DNA from: Octopus vulgaris
Taxonomy: Eukaryota
Reading direction: 5' to 3'
NCBI GenBank assembly: GCA_951406725.2
Contig: OX597816.1
Location: 35,588,001-35,652,000 of the forward strand
Length of the DNA stretch: 64,000 nt
Below are positions 26,601 through 40,798 of this stretch, in pieces. The position numbers and the translations under genes are program-made. Position 1 is the stretch's first letter; each line of letters opens with the position of its first letter. The notes below the pieces were generated by a model that was not told the origin of the DNA, ran no database searches, and saw only the letters and a program-made list of their open reading frames with translations.

Positions 26601-28013
26601 ATCAGAAAGGGCCCGGACTGCCATCAGACAGTGTTGTTGTGCGCTGAACAGAGGGACCGGTTAAATAACTGTGATTCTGGTTTGGACCAGGCCTCCAGAT
26701 AGAGAAGAACTGGACGGAGGTTTCGAGCAAGGTGGCTGCAATAGTCAATACCTGGTCTTGGCGGTGGCTATCCCTGAAAGGAAGGGCGGAGGTGGCCAAT
26801 GTGTTTATCGCATCGGTCATTACCTACCCCATGACCGTCGTGCCCTATCCGGATTCGAGGGTGATCAGGTTGGAGAAAGTGCTCTTTCGCTTTTTGTGGA
26901 AGTGCAAGTCGCCACTTGTGAAACGTTCTATCTGTTGCCAGAAGCCGTTAAAGGGAGGTTTAGGCATGGTTAATGATGCGCAGGCATGCGCTGAAGTTGA
27001 GGCATCTCTGGATTCTCCTGGATAGTGAACTGGTGTGGTTTTTTGCGAACATGAAGCCTGGTGTTCCCCGTACAGCGATGTCGAGTAAGTGTTATATGGT
27101 GTGTTGTAAAGCCCTCCTGCTATTCCGGCGCTCGGGCAACGCCAGCGGTAGGGTTCTACGCGTCCTTTAAATAGTGGGTTGGTAGAGTCTGAATGTGACG
27201 ATGGCTTAGGAGCGACCCTATGTTTCGTCTCGGGTATATTCAACTTGACAACATCGTACATTCGGGTTGAGAACGTTGGACAATTTCCGAAAGTCCTTGA
27301 CCTGGTTATGTTACAGGGACGCCTTGATCGATTGGGATAAACACGCAAGACATGGAATGTTTCACTCTCCGACTTGTCCAAGATTCTGGGTGGGTAGGGA
27401 ATCCGTCCCCACGCTATTGTCTGTGCCCAGAGATATTTGAAATGTGGGTTTATGATGAAAACCTGTTGTCCGGCGAAGGAAGAATACAGCTGTCGACTGG
27501 GTCAATTATGAAAATTGACCCACTGGAAATTTTAACAAATGAAAGTAAGAATTGTTTTCTCACTGTTGTTGCAATAGCTAAAGAGGCAGTATGGAAGACT
27601 AGGATAAAAGGGATTAAGACGGGTAACTTTAACTCCGGGCACGAGTTAAAATCGTTTTCCACTTTTCACTTGAAAAGGTAAGTGTGGCTGGAGAAGAGAT
27701 GCCTATCGGAGAGAGTGTTCAAAAAAAGATGGAGGCATGTTGTACGAGTGCTGTGCGTGCAAGGAACCATTTGAATAGGCTATAGAAGAAAAACAAGAGA
27801 TGAAAGAAGTACCAGCGATAGATCGGGGCTGATGGGGTCGGAGCGTGGCCTCATCATCGTTACATTTGTGACTTATTTGTATTGTGTATTTCATTCGATT
27901 CTTATATATTTTATATAATTTTATATTCATATTTATGTAATATAACGTGTTACTGACCCAAATCATTTGTTTTTTCCCATTCTTTGCGTAGCCCTCTGTG
28001 GGTAATAAAGAAA
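23603..28013 (+). mobile_element. Decayed Tx1-like (L1 group) LINE with ORF1 zinc knuckle, APE endonuclease and internally deleted RT
   Basis: CFQCGPVGHIKKYC (24585-24626); APE motifs CINVSGL, VATETR, LVAIYAP, MGDFN, YIDRV, SDHKMV; YWKLNTSIL; GKSPGFDGFLYELYK; WSWRWLSLKGRA; PLKGGLG; 3' tail agccctctgtgggtaataaagaaa; 14-bp TSD-like flanks. Confidence 0.9.
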
Positions 28014-28185
28014 GTGGTATTTCGCCTGTCTTTACGTTCTGAGTTCAAATTCCGCTGTGGCTGACTGTTTCTTTCATAATTTCGGAGTCGATAAATTAAG
28101 TACCAGTTGCGTACTGGAGTCGATCTTATTGACTGACACCCTCCGTCCAAATTTAGAGCCTTCTGCTTAGAGTAGAAAAGAATAT
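28014..28185 (+). mobile_element. Remainder of the SINE interrupted by the Tx1 LINE
   Basis: Resumes ggtatttcgcctgtctttacgttctgagttcaaattccg...gataaattaagtaccag...agtagaaaagaatatt. Confidence 0.85.
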
Positions 28186-28789
28186 TGCGCTTGATAGGTT
28201 TGCTTGTACATAAATATCAAATATATATATTATCTTCGTTACCGACTGACATAATTAGCATATCTTTCGTATTATAGAAGCTAGATCTACACTTAGTATT
28301 TCTCCAACAAAGTGTATTCATTAAAATCAGAGCAAAAGAAAATAGTTGTAGACCAAGTAAAGAGAGCGAGCTATAAATCGAAATCAGTACGACCACTAAA
28401 ACGTATTAAATTATGCCAGTTTAAATTGTAATTATTTTTCTGTTTTCTAATAGCAAAGATCAAGTTACCTAGCTCATGAAATTTAAAACATAAAACCGCC
28501 TATATTCCACGATTTTTTTGTTAAGTCGTGACTTTATGGTTTATTGTACCAGCCGTTACAATTTTCCTCATATTTTATATTGTTTATCACGTCTACAGAT
28601 AAAAACAATAACGCAATAAAAGCAATTCCTACTTATAAAGTACGAAAGAACTTCATTTCTTTAATTAATTAGTACGATGGTGCCGTGTTATTAATAATCA
28701 AGAACACACTATTATTGATTCAAGTTCATACAGAGGATATGAATATATTATATATATATATTATGCGTGTAAGTGTGTGTGTGTATACT

Positions 28790-28860
<71 letters not shown>

Positions 28861-29269
28861 GTGTGTGTGTGTGTGTGTGTATGTACATGTATATGTATAT
28901 GTATGTATATGTATATAAACCTATCGATGTTCATATTCTGGGTGCTGTCACGTAATCATATTATACACTTCTGTCTGAAAGTATAAATCTCTTGTGAAAA
29001 CAATATTTATACCTATAATAATTTCGTAGAAGTAATTGACTGGAGAACAATATATGCAGTGATCAGTAAGTGACAGAATAACACTGTATACAGTGATCAG
29101 TAACACCTCTTTATATCCATCTACTTTTAATATTCATACTTACATTTTTACTGGTAAACATACTAGCGGACCGTATCGGCAGAAGAACGGGAAGAGTTGA
29201 TATTGCCCTGCACGATTCATTTACAGCAGATACGAGTATCTCCTTCTCCAATGGTTAAGACAAACGACT

Positions 29270-29730
29270 TAGTTGGGCTCCACAGGTCAGCCGAAGTGCA
29301 ACAACTGTGCTTCGACGAATGCCTCAAGAAAGCCAAGTTTTTCAAGGACCAGAGAAAAACTGGTAACATTTTATTGATGGGTGATTTCAATCTCCCTTTT
29401 ATTGACTGGACTACACATACGCTGAAAACATGTGTGTGCATTTCAACCCCAGAGAAAACAGCAATGGAATCATTGTTCATATTCATGGACGAATTCTCCC
29501 TGTCTCAATTCGTGCTCGTGCCAATGAATTTCAACAAAAGACCCTGCACTTAGTATTAGGTAACCATACAAACACTATCCTTGATATTGCAGTTGAGAAA
29601 ACTCGTTTCTCAGACCACGATATTGTTTTTGTAGCGTCAGGTTTCGGTAGCCTAGAGAAAAACCAGAATTTCACACAGCAGCGCACCGTTTTGATCCCTT
29701 GCATGTCCATAAGACTAACTGGAAGGAATT
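29270..29730 (+). pseudogene. APE endonuclease fragment of a CR1-like LINE
   Basis: ILLMGDFNLPFIDW, LSQFVLVP, LHLVL, FSDHDIV motifs over a frameshift. Confidence 0.75.
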
Positions 29731-29880
29731 CACCTTCATCACCTACATCCTTTACAAACACACACACACAGACACACACAGACACATACATACACACGTG
29801 CGCGTTTATACATATATGTCAGTGTGAGTGTGTGTATCTATATACATATACAGATAGATAGATGGATAGAAAGATAGATG

Positions 29881-29967
<87 letters not shown>

Positions 29968-29969
29968 TT

Positions 29970-30270
29970 ATATAAAATAAATAAATATTACGGTGATGTA
30001 CTTGCATAGCACGTGACCTGATCTGAGATTGTGTGCTCAAACAAAACCAATTGCAGCGTGGAAGGTGTTTATAAACCATTTAGAATACACAAAAATCTTT
30101 AGATTCATTTCCTCATTTAAATTTAATTTGTCAGTGAACAGGTAGCGGTTTCAAAGCGACGAAAATATTTTGAAAAATTAAATTTAGATGTTGCAGTAAA
30201 TCTAACGTTTTTTGTGTGTTTTAAAAATGGCTTATAAACATCTTCCACGCTGCAATTGATTATAAATAAA
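29970..30270 (+). mobile_element. Foldback mini-element (arms 30048-30133 / 30171-30258) enclosing a variant hammerhead (30127-30177)
   Basis: caattgcagcgtggaag.tgtttataa.ccattt inverted at both ends; centre TTTGTCA-GTGAACA-gGTaGC..GCgAC-GAAA-ATAT-TT-TGAaAAA. Confidence 0.65.
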
Positions 30271-30371
30271 TATGTGTATGTGTATGTTTGTGTGTTATGT
30301 TGTGTTCGGTCGCGCATGTGTGAGTATGATATTCTATTGAAGATGCTTACGTGCACACATTCATACTTATG

Positions 30372-30732
30372 GTGTAAGCACTCCGTCTGTTACGACGACG
30401 AGGGTTCCGGTTGATCCGAATCAACGGAACAGCCTGCTCGTGAAATTAACGTGTAAGTGGCTGAGCACTCCACAGACACGTGTACCCTTAACGTAGGTCT
30501 CGGGGATATTCAGCGTGACACAGAGAGTGACAAGGCCGGCCCTTTGAAATACAGGTACAACAGAAACAGGAGGGATAGTTGTGGTTAAAGAGTACAGCAG
30601 GGATCACCACGATCCCCTCCCGGAGCCTTATTGTTTTCGATCAATAAACATTCACAACGCCCGGTCTGGGAATCGAAACAGCGATCCTATGACCGCGAGT
30701 CTGCTGCCTTAACCACTGGGCCATTGCGCCTC
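30372..30732 (-). mobile_element. tRNA-derived SINE, second family
   Basis: Minus head ggcgcaatggcccagtggttaaggcagcagactcgcgg..gtttcgattccc; flanking direct repeat ACTTATG (30365-30371 / 30733-30739); closely similar to 56683-57063. Confidence 0.9.
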
Positions 30733-32994
30733 ACTTATGAATATACACACAATATAAATAAAAAATGTTAGACGCATTGAAATTATCTTCCTCTTGTGAG
30801 AAGATAAACATACATTTAACGGCAATTTCTACCAACTCCGAATGAGAAAGTTCTTCAAATAACTATCTGCATTAACTTATCTTCAAGTGAAGACCGTTAT
30901 TTATTTTCTGTTTCAATATCTAAGGAGGCTGTGATTGACAACACCATCCCCAACGAGAGCCGTATGTCAGCCAAGCTACGTCTTCGGCAGTTATTACTCA
31001 TAGTTCCAACATTCGCAAAACTAGTAGAGAACATACCTGTGGGTGGCAAAATTGAATAACAAATGAGGTAAAGAAAACAATTTAAAATATGCAGCAGCAG
31101 CATCAAAGACGAAAACAGTAATATTATATGCATGTAAGCGTGTGTATGTATGTATTTATGCGTGTGGGTGTTTGGTTTTGAAATTGTAGAATTTGAAGCA
31201 ATTTACGTATCGGTATAGAAGTGGAATTGTTGCAAGTCAGATCAGTTTTATCTCTATGTTTCTGAAGCGATTCCCTAGAGCTTCTCAAACTTCCTTTAAA
31301 AAAAAAATAATGAATAATCCGAATTGGAAATCGATATACTTAAACAGTGGAAGCATCTAGACGATTAAATCAGTCTGATAGCAAAACCATAGCCTCTCAA
31401 ACAACATTTACCCCTTCCTATATCATCGATTCTCAAATGAAAGCAATAGATTTTAAAATGAAATCATAAAATGTGAGCTATCTCTGAGGATTATATATAA
31501 TTCTTTTTCCAATGATCTGCACTTACGGAATGAAAAACAAATGATTATTTAAGCTGTAGAAATTTGTAAGAACTGTTTATCCGTAACATTCAAAATATGT
31601 TTTTAATGTAAACAGTTTGGCGTATGTCATTCACACCTTTTTTGTTGATGACTTTCAGAAGAAGATAATATAGCTGAAACCTACATCTGTCACTAGAGTT
31701 TGCAATTTGTATATTTTGAAAAGAAAACAATATATAAAAGAAATAGTGTACGTTAAAATACAATTTAGTAAACGCGGCCGCATATCATAGTAGATAAATA
31801 TAAAGACAATATATTAGAGATTTTAAATATGATGTCTATAGATTAATAATATACGGCCATTACGAATAACAAGCTATATAGCTTTTGGCCTGTATGCATA
31901 TGTGTTTACGTCTATTTTATTCTGACAACGCCCACCGCCGCACCTACAAAAGTACTCAAACGTTAACCTGGATAGATGGGAACTATTCAAGAAACTAATT
32001 AGCAGAGAATATGGTAGCTTTTTTCTCTGGTTTGCATTCCTGAAGATCGGCTCTATTTAATAGTGTGAAGACCTTTTATGAATTCCATCGCAATCACCTG
32101 CTAATTGAACGAAATGCATCTGCTGATTGACACATCATCTAAACACCTTTATGTCCATGCTGCGGCATAAAGTTTAAATTTGTCTGACATTTTCTCTTCA
32201 GACTCAGAGCAATACAATGAAGTATAGGACATCAGAATGAAGATACAATACATGGTACAGTGTGGTGATGTGTGCCAGTTCACCGCCTTAATTTGTATTA
32301 ATCTGTAACAACAATATAAATTTATGTTAGATCAAATTTCTAACATCAGAAAAGTAATCTTATGGCAGAAACCGCAAGACTCTGATTTAAACGGTTGCAA
32401 AATTGTATGCTTATGTTGCTAATACAGGTTCTCATTTCAAATTCCAATTTAGAAAGTACAACAAATAACAATTGTATGTAGACGTATATTGAATCAAATT
32501 ACCAACTGTTGGATTCTGAACAATAATTATTACATATGGATAATTAAATCCGGGATATAATTTACTGCTTTCAAGAAATTAGTCAACCGAATTAGAAGAT
32601 AAATATCTCAGCAATAATTTGCGAGAATACTTATTCATGTACGTTTTTGCTTTCATTAATTACCACGTAAAGCAATTATTTGGGCAAGTAATAATTAGAT
32701 TAGATGCCATTCAGTTACATTATATCTAAATTAAGCACAGAACTGCAAAAAGATGCATGGATTATTAATGAAGATTGCATTAGTTCATGAATAACTTTAT
32801 GAAACTGGCCCCGAAAGTATGACACAAAATGCTTTCCTCCTGCTCATTTGAACTCAAGACCCAAATGAGCACAAATAAACACCAGAATACATATAAAATA
32901 ACGGATATTATATGAATATTTGACACACCAGCTTTAGTAACTTTTCAATGTTGTTCACATTAGTGCCATTGTAAATATACGTGTGTGAGTGCTA

Positions 32995-33057
<63 letters not shown>

Positions 33058-33060
<3 letters not shown>

Positions 33061-34239
33061 GGTCCCGGGTTGATTCGGGGTTAACCACAGTAAATAAGGT
33101 ACTCAATACATAGCAGAGTAAAATTAATTTATTATATAGAAGGAGCTTCTACAGGACTAGAACTGTTTCATTCAAGAGAAATCTTCAGGAAGCTAGTTAA
33201 CAAGAATTGTATTGGCATTTATACATTTAGGCAGGTTTAAAGGGGTGTTGGTGGGGGACTTTTTGGGGGTAGGCATAGCGCAAAATATCATACTTGGGGG
33301 AGTGGTCAAGGAGTCAGTGTTAAAATAGATAGAAGAATAAATAAAAAAAATAAAATAATAAAAAAATAAAAAAATCTATATATAAAAAAAGGGGAATAGA
33401 GTTTTAGGTAAATAAGGAGATTCTCACTTATACCTATGCACACATGTATACATACATACACACACATACAAACATATATACATATACATACACACATACA
33501 TACACACACATATATATACATATATATACACTTACACATACATATACATATCTACACATACACATATATGTATACATACACACACTCACATGCATACACG
33601 TATACACACATGTATATATACACACACGACCACACATACATATACGCACAGAAAAATATATATACACATACACACATACTCACATACACGCATACACACA
33701 CATATCCACACACACACATGCACAAACAGCACACTAGTCCCTATATACACATATATACACATACACACACATATACACACACACACATACATATACCTAC
33801 ATGTGTATATATATATACATATATATACATATGTGTACCTATGCATACCTACACACACACACATATATATACACATACAAATACAGACCCATTCCCTAAT
33901 TTTAATTTTATTATCTTCGTTTATTACTTTTGTTATCTTTGGCCGCTTGGTCACAAACATCTTGGCTATGACAGCCAGTCCATTTATCTGTCTACTGGAA
34001 AACAAGCACTCATTCACTCACGCACACTCTTTAGCACGTACACTCACTCATTCGTACACTCATACACATACACGCACGCACGCGTTATATTCATACATAC
34101 ATACATCTACATACATTCACGTATATACACATACGTACGCGTACCTACAGATTCATGTCTACACTCTTAGAAGGCTAGTCTATATATATACACCAATAAA
34201 TATAAATACACACACATACATATACACCTACATACAAAT

Positions 34240-34288
<49 letters not shown>

Positions 34289-34301
34289 CATATATATACG
34301 C

Positions 34302-34334
<33 letters not shown>

Positions 34335-34492
34335 TACGCATACACACACATATACATATATATACACACATACACATACATACATATACACACATACACA
34401 TACATACATATACATACATACATACATCCATACATCCTGAAGATTTCTCTTGAATGAAACAGTTCTAGTCCTGTAGAAGCTCCTTCTATATA

Positions 34493-34498
<6 letters not shown>
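33058..34498. mobile_element. Non-coding PLE-like element with perfect 64-bp inverted repeat and cryptic (CA/TA) body
   Basis: 33127-33190 = reverse complement of 34435-34498, containing CTGAAGA-tttctcttgaat-GAAA-CAG-TT; bounded by (TA)n on both sides. Confidence 0.7.
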
Positions 34499-34542
<44 letters not shown>

Positions 34543-34545
<3 letters not shown>

Positions 34546-34826
34546 GAAATAGAAAGATGAATAATCTTGTTGCAGATTAATCAAAAGTTTAACCGATACC
34601 TTGGTAGCAAAAATCACAGCAGAAGACAGCACGGTTGGAGGTACAACCATATGGTGTTGCAACCATGCGTTGGTGCGGATAATTGAATTTTAATATTATT
34701 AGTGAATTGAAGAAATGGAGTTGAACAAAGATTGAACAGAAAACATTGTGGCTTTCGAAACACGTGTAGAATGCAATAAAACGATTTCTGTTCAATCTTC
34801 GTTCAACTCCATTTCTTCAATTCACT

Positions 34827-34834
<8 letters not shown>
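34543..34834. mobile_element. Foldback mini-element with 50-bp arms and a hammerhead 3' half in the loop
   Basis: 34693-34742 vs 34785-34834 (one mismatch); loop holds GAAA-CACGTG-TA (34757-34768) and AATAAA; between (TA)n tracts. Confidence 0.65.
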
Positions 34835-34907
<73 letters not shown>

Positions 34908-36574
34908 ATATATGAATAGAGAAACAGACAGACAAACAGATAGATAGATCATCCGCCCACATACTCAATTTATGCATGTTGGTCGTTCGTCTAAATCGAA
35001 CGATTAAGCATCGTAAAGTAGTTGTTTCATTCCGTTACGAGGGTTTTCCGATTCTAATCCATTTCTGAACATTGCAGCAACCACTATGTGCGTGGATATT
35101 ACTGGACGGAGAAAGTGAAAACTTATCATACATTTGTGTCACACTTGCTGAGACTTAGATGAAAGGTATATAGATCTGAGGTGGGAGATACTCGTCCAAG
35201 GTTGTGCTAATTGAATTCGCAAGTAACTTATTTCAACGAAATAGAGAACCCATACATATAGGCAGACGTGTGACTATGTGAGACAAAGCTCGCCTTCCAG
35301 CCTAATGGTTCGGGGTTCAGTGCCACTACATGGTACCTTGGGAAAGTGTCACCCACTATAGCCTCCGGCCGATCAAAACTTTGTGGCTACTAAATTGGAT
35401 CTTCCACAATTTGAAACGAAGATATTATGCACATTTAAACTCGTTTAAATATAAAGAGAATAGCAATTCCTAACCACTAGCCATCCATGTACACCATCTA
35501 ATTTATAGAAAAATATAATATAGATATCCCTGGGCTATAATAGTCTCTGGTATCTCGTATCAGGGCTAACACTTTATTTGTGGCTTCTGCTTAAAAGAAG
35601 ACCTCAAAATTTTATCCAATAATTCACCACAATTACACAATAAAGACAACGAAGCCCTCACTTCTTCCGCACTTTTAAATTATTTCATAAATGTAAATGT
35701 AAGTCCCTCCTGAATAATATCCTCATACAAACCTCCGTAACCATTAACACATAAACCCTCCATCTCTCTTCTATCTACCTTAACTCATCACTTAAAGATA
35801 AATATTAATTCTTTAAATTATTTTAAAACTTTAACATAATAAGTCCTCTAATATTTAATACTAATTCCTTCTAGATAAATTAACGCTCAACTAGATTCTC
35901 CATTCTCGACTACCTACACACCCATAACTCTATTGCTACAAATAGCTCTACAACCACTGACTTTAGCCAGAACATACACAAGCGTTTACTACCAGATTTT
36001 CTCCCCAACCCCTATAGACTAGAAGAACACCTACTACTCTCTTTAAATTCTTTTCATTTTGTTCTATTTTGTTTATTTTCTTACATTATCTTCCTCTACC
36101 TCTTCTTTGTCTCTCTTACATTCTCGGTTATCTTTGTACACTATATTTTTAACACTATATGTTTATATAGTGAGAATTTACAAAAAAACACACAAAAGAC
36201 GAAGACGGGTATAGGTGTGAGAGGAAGAAAGCAGAGAGGAGGAGGCTTACTTTATCCTAAAAGCCTGTCCTTTATTCCCCCACCGCTCTTTCTACCTCAC
36301 TTTCAATTTATTTACCTTTCTTCCTTTTTACAACTTTATTGCAAACTCAGCTACTATTCTGTTATTGAACGTCATGTTCACGTCGTTTTTATGGATGTTT
36401 CCTGGACTTTAACCCACATTGATTTATGCAGCATTTCTCATATATATCTACAACATCGGAAAGTTGAACTATGCACTTTTATGATTCTATTCTCTCTTCA
36501 TCCCCTTATTCCTTTACTCCTGTCCTCTATGTGGTCTTTTCATTAAATCTATACCCTTCTCATTTTCCCTATTT

Positions 36575-36630
36575 GTCTCCGATGACGGAATTTGCCATAC
36601 ACTGAGATATCCCAGAAACGGCTGTAAGAC
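36575..36630 (+). ncRNA. Type-I hammerhead near the 3' end of a pyrimidine-rich non-coding element (~35440-36712)
   Basis: GTCT-CCGATGA-cGGA...TCCca-GAAA-CGGCTG-TA-AGAC; stem I GTCT/AGAC; GUA triplet; element ends in (TA)n(TG)n. Confidence 0.75.
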
Positions 36631-36711
36631 TTTGAATATTTTCCAGTCATAATAATGTATATAACTTGAGATGTTTGCCTTGCCTTAACGTTTGTTGTAC
36701 TCTTTAACAAT

Positions 36712-36766
<55 letters not shown>

Positions 36767-39700
36767 GTGTGTGTGTGTGTGTACTTATAATGTTGTTTTT
36801 TTCTGGCTGGAGACATCCGGTCAATGTGTCTGGCGACTTACGTATACATCGAAGTGCTTTATAGGTGCAAATCCAATGAGCGCACTGAGTGGTCATAACA
36901 AGCAAACTCCTACATATTAGAGGCCTAATATTTGAAAGTATTCTTCGTCTCTGGTATTTGAACTACTGTCCGACATATATCTATATCCATATCTATATCT
37001 ATTAATCACTTATCTCTCTAACAAGCTAAATATCTCTCATTCTGTATATCTATGTATTTATCTCTCCCACTCTTTCTGTATATATATGATTAAATTTAAA
37101 TATAATTAAATTATTTTATATTTACGGCACACTTCACAACATATTTGAAGTGAGTGAAACATATTTTTATCGTTTTGTATATTTATTTTTAATTATTTTT
37201 ATGTCTGTAATCATGTTGCTTTAGATATAGCAGAAATTATTTAGTTTGGACTTGAAAAAAGAAGAATATTGTATTTTATCGACTAACTGAATGTATTTGT
37301 TTGTACCAGACATTTCAACCACTTCTGCAAGTATCTTATTGTTATATTTAGGGAATCATTACTGATTGTTTCAGATTTTATCTAGTCGGCAGTAAACAAT
37401 TATAAATTAATTTTTTTTATATATTTTTCTCTTAATAGGTTCTTAGAAGCATATTTCTGAGTGGATAACAAACAAATTTTATTAATGACTGTTATCTATA
37501 CGAATGGATAAGAAATGCAGTTTCATATCAATAAGTGGCTTTTATCAATAGAACATAAATCTGGACAAATTATGTTTATTAATGGCTAATGGTTATTGGA
37601 GTGAGTTTCAGTTGCAATAAATTATTAACGTTATTAAGAGCGGAAACTAAATTTCCAATTTAAATATCTGAATAGATGTGCATAAACATTTAATTTAACA
37701 TCGGTTATCAGTAATGAATTATCCATCTTGTTCGCCACATCACGGGAATATAAAGAGCTAATAAGCTACTTGACAAAGCACAACGTTTATATCTTAGGTA
37801 ATTACGATCAATTTGTAACATTTTATTCTAATCACATTAAATTTCCGTCGTCAAGTATGGAATTAATCGATAAATTCATTACGGTTTGACTTAAAAAATG
37901 AGGTACTGAAATGAAGTTTCTTTTCTATTTATGTATGTCACGATAAATATGCAAATACAAATATCTAACACATGATTGAATTAATTGATCATACAGATTT
38001 GATATCAAGAAAAGTTATGCAGATGAAGTAACATAAAACAGACATTTTACTCCAATTTCATAAACTTTAAAAACACTTGCTATGCCCGGCCAACATACAT
38101 ACACTGGTTTTGTTATATATTATTTCATGTAACTATTTTCGGTCATTGTGTAACATCCATACTGAGAGATTGACTGTAGAGGTTTACACGATCAAATCAA
38201 GGCACTTACTAATTTATTATGTTGATATGAATATATTCCGTCTCACTAGCTTACTCCTTTTAATAGACAGTCAGCTATGATGTAGGAATAACCACGGTGA
38301 ATGGCAAGCACTATAAATAATGAAACAAATTCAGATAGAAGGATAAAAATATCATAATACATTTGGAGTTTATACAATAACCCACAGAACCAGAGGATTG
38401 ATTATAGAGGCTATGATCATAACACAACGCAAATTTACAATTTACATACACACGTTTTGGATAGGAATACAAGAACAAAGGAATGTAACGCTTCAATGGT
38501 AAATTTCTGGCACGAATATCCGTATTAATACAAGCCGCTCACTATGCAAGTGTTAGTATAGAGGTCAACAACACACTTCCCACTTCTATATATGTGATAT
38601 TCAGTGAGAAATATATGGACGATACATTGGTAAATAATGTTTCCACGAGATGGATTTTGATATATTTAATTTATAGTACCCGAAATATCTGCTTGAATTC
38701 AGGTATATCGATTTTATATACATACGTTCAAATGTCTGCGAAACAACCTTCTATTTCTCCAAGTGAAATAGATCACAACTCCTTGGTCCATTTGAGTAGA
38801 AACACCTGTGTTCTATGAGAGACTTATGACTTTATTATTGTTAATATTACTGTCCGTTCACTCCTAGTCAAATTGGGATATTGAGATGCTGCGGCGATAT
38901 TCACAATATTTGAATATATAAATGTGTGTTCGAGCGTGCTTGTGTGCCTTGTGTGCGTAAGTGTATACTTGGTTATATGCTGTGAGAGTCATATTATAAA
39001 ATGTTATTCAATACACTATCTATATCTATATGTTCAGCTAAATTCAACAAAATTGAGAAAGGTACATTGTGATCATAGACCAGACACCAGACATTTGAAA
39101 TTACTAATAGTAGAAATGATACGTGTTTGTGTGCTGTGAATTATATTTTTTGCTTTCTGTTTCTACTGGCTATATAATCATAAGTCTGCAGTCGAATGTG
39201 TTTGAATGCGTGTCCCTAAAGTAGTATATAAAAGCATAAAAGTTAAGTGCCTGTTCTTTGACTGCAATGTGTCAATCAGTAATGTTCAGGACATAAATGG
39301 ACATGATTGTTTTTTGTTTTTTCTTCAAAACGAAAATAAGAATGCGATAAATTATGAAGCAATTGATATAAACCAGGCATTTCGACCTTTTGAGAAAATG
39401 AAAAAGCGAAATATCACCCCACTCACGAACAATAGCCTAACTTTCCTCTAAAAGCCAAACGTACAACAGACTCATTAAATTATGAAAAGTGACAAGATGA
39501 CGGGAACTTTATTATACATTTTGTAAAACACGAAAACAACATATGTAAACCACCACGATATATCTCATTTTACATTGAATATTTAATCACTATAATTAAG
39601 TGTAATGTCAAGCTTAATATGCCCCCGAAAATGGTAATCATGATTGTTTTATGATTTAGATTGTATGTGATATTTATTATGTGATTAGTAGAGTGCAGTC

Positions 39701-40798
39701 ACATATTTTCTTTCAGGAAATACAACTTGTATAACATTTCTTAAATTTTTTTCCCAATTCATATATTGGCAGTCCTCGTTTAATTTTATTCGTTCATTCC
39801 TGTTCGTATCCTAGGTAAAAATCTCAAATAGTTTTTAGAAATATTACTTCATACTTTCGTATCAGATTTAATATTTTTGGAATCATTCCACCAATTTATA
39901 CATGAATATATTATTGATTAATAGACGATAGCAATTATTCAAAATATGAGTGGATTTGCATAGTGAAAAAGTTATGCATATAAAAAAAAACTTGTTTACT
40001 ACAAAGATTTTGATCAGTTATTAAAACTGGCCCTGACTGGAGACGAATATATTTTTCTTGATAGTCACTACGTCAATGTCAATTCAGCGTGTCGAAAATA
40101 TGCACCACATTTCTATCGAATACATAAATCTTCATATGTTGATAAATATGCATTTATCAACACACACACACGCTCGCGCGCACACACATATACACACACG
40201 CACACACACGCATACACACGCATACACACGTATATACATACATGTGTGTTTTGCGTATTTATATAGATACTCTCAATTTAAAATCTACTATTTACATTGC
40301 TCAAGAAGACATGTTTTCATCAAAGAAAAGCCAGAAAAAACACCAATACTTTAAATTAGAGATTCAGGAAATATTTGTTCGAAATTGTTACCTAGAAAAG
40401 ATTTTGTTCTTTTTGCAAAAAGGATTGTAAAACTTTTAAAAATATACTCGAATGAACTAGTATGTACATGACTATAATAACAAAAACAAACAATTGATTT
40501 TGTGATATGAAAGATTGTTTCATTTTCATTTCCTTTAATTTCAAATATTCAATGAATATTTTCAACAATTTCATTAAGAAAATATGATCCGCTCAAGAAT
40601 CTATAATTAACCAGCAGACATCGTGTTTTCATACAAATCACAAGAAACACACATGAAGCAAAATATTCACAGAGGCACACAAGTTGTTACAGTTCACACA
40701 CAAGCAACAAATATCGATACAAACGCATACTCTAATTCCACAAGCTGAAATATACGTTTGTGTTTGCGCGTGTGTGCGTGTGTTTGTGTGTGCGCGTG

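Noticed and set aside
30660-30732. tRNA-like heads of SINEs (also 10105, 23133, 56990)
   Set aside because: No complete cloverleaf; they continue into SINE bodies, so not tRNA genes.
32180-32260. Branch point/polypyrimidine/AG..GT resembling a small exon
   Set aside because: Stops in all three frames and no supporting neighbouring exons.
33306-34453. Long ORFs (244 aa, 287 aa) and the many poly-YI/HT/N/L ORFs across the window
   Set aside because: Translations of microsatellites and cryptic CA/TA repeats with no domain content.
35525-35570. Minus CTGATAC..GAGA-CTATTATAG hammerhead-like stretch
   Set aside because: Both core boxes deviate; too degenerate to call.
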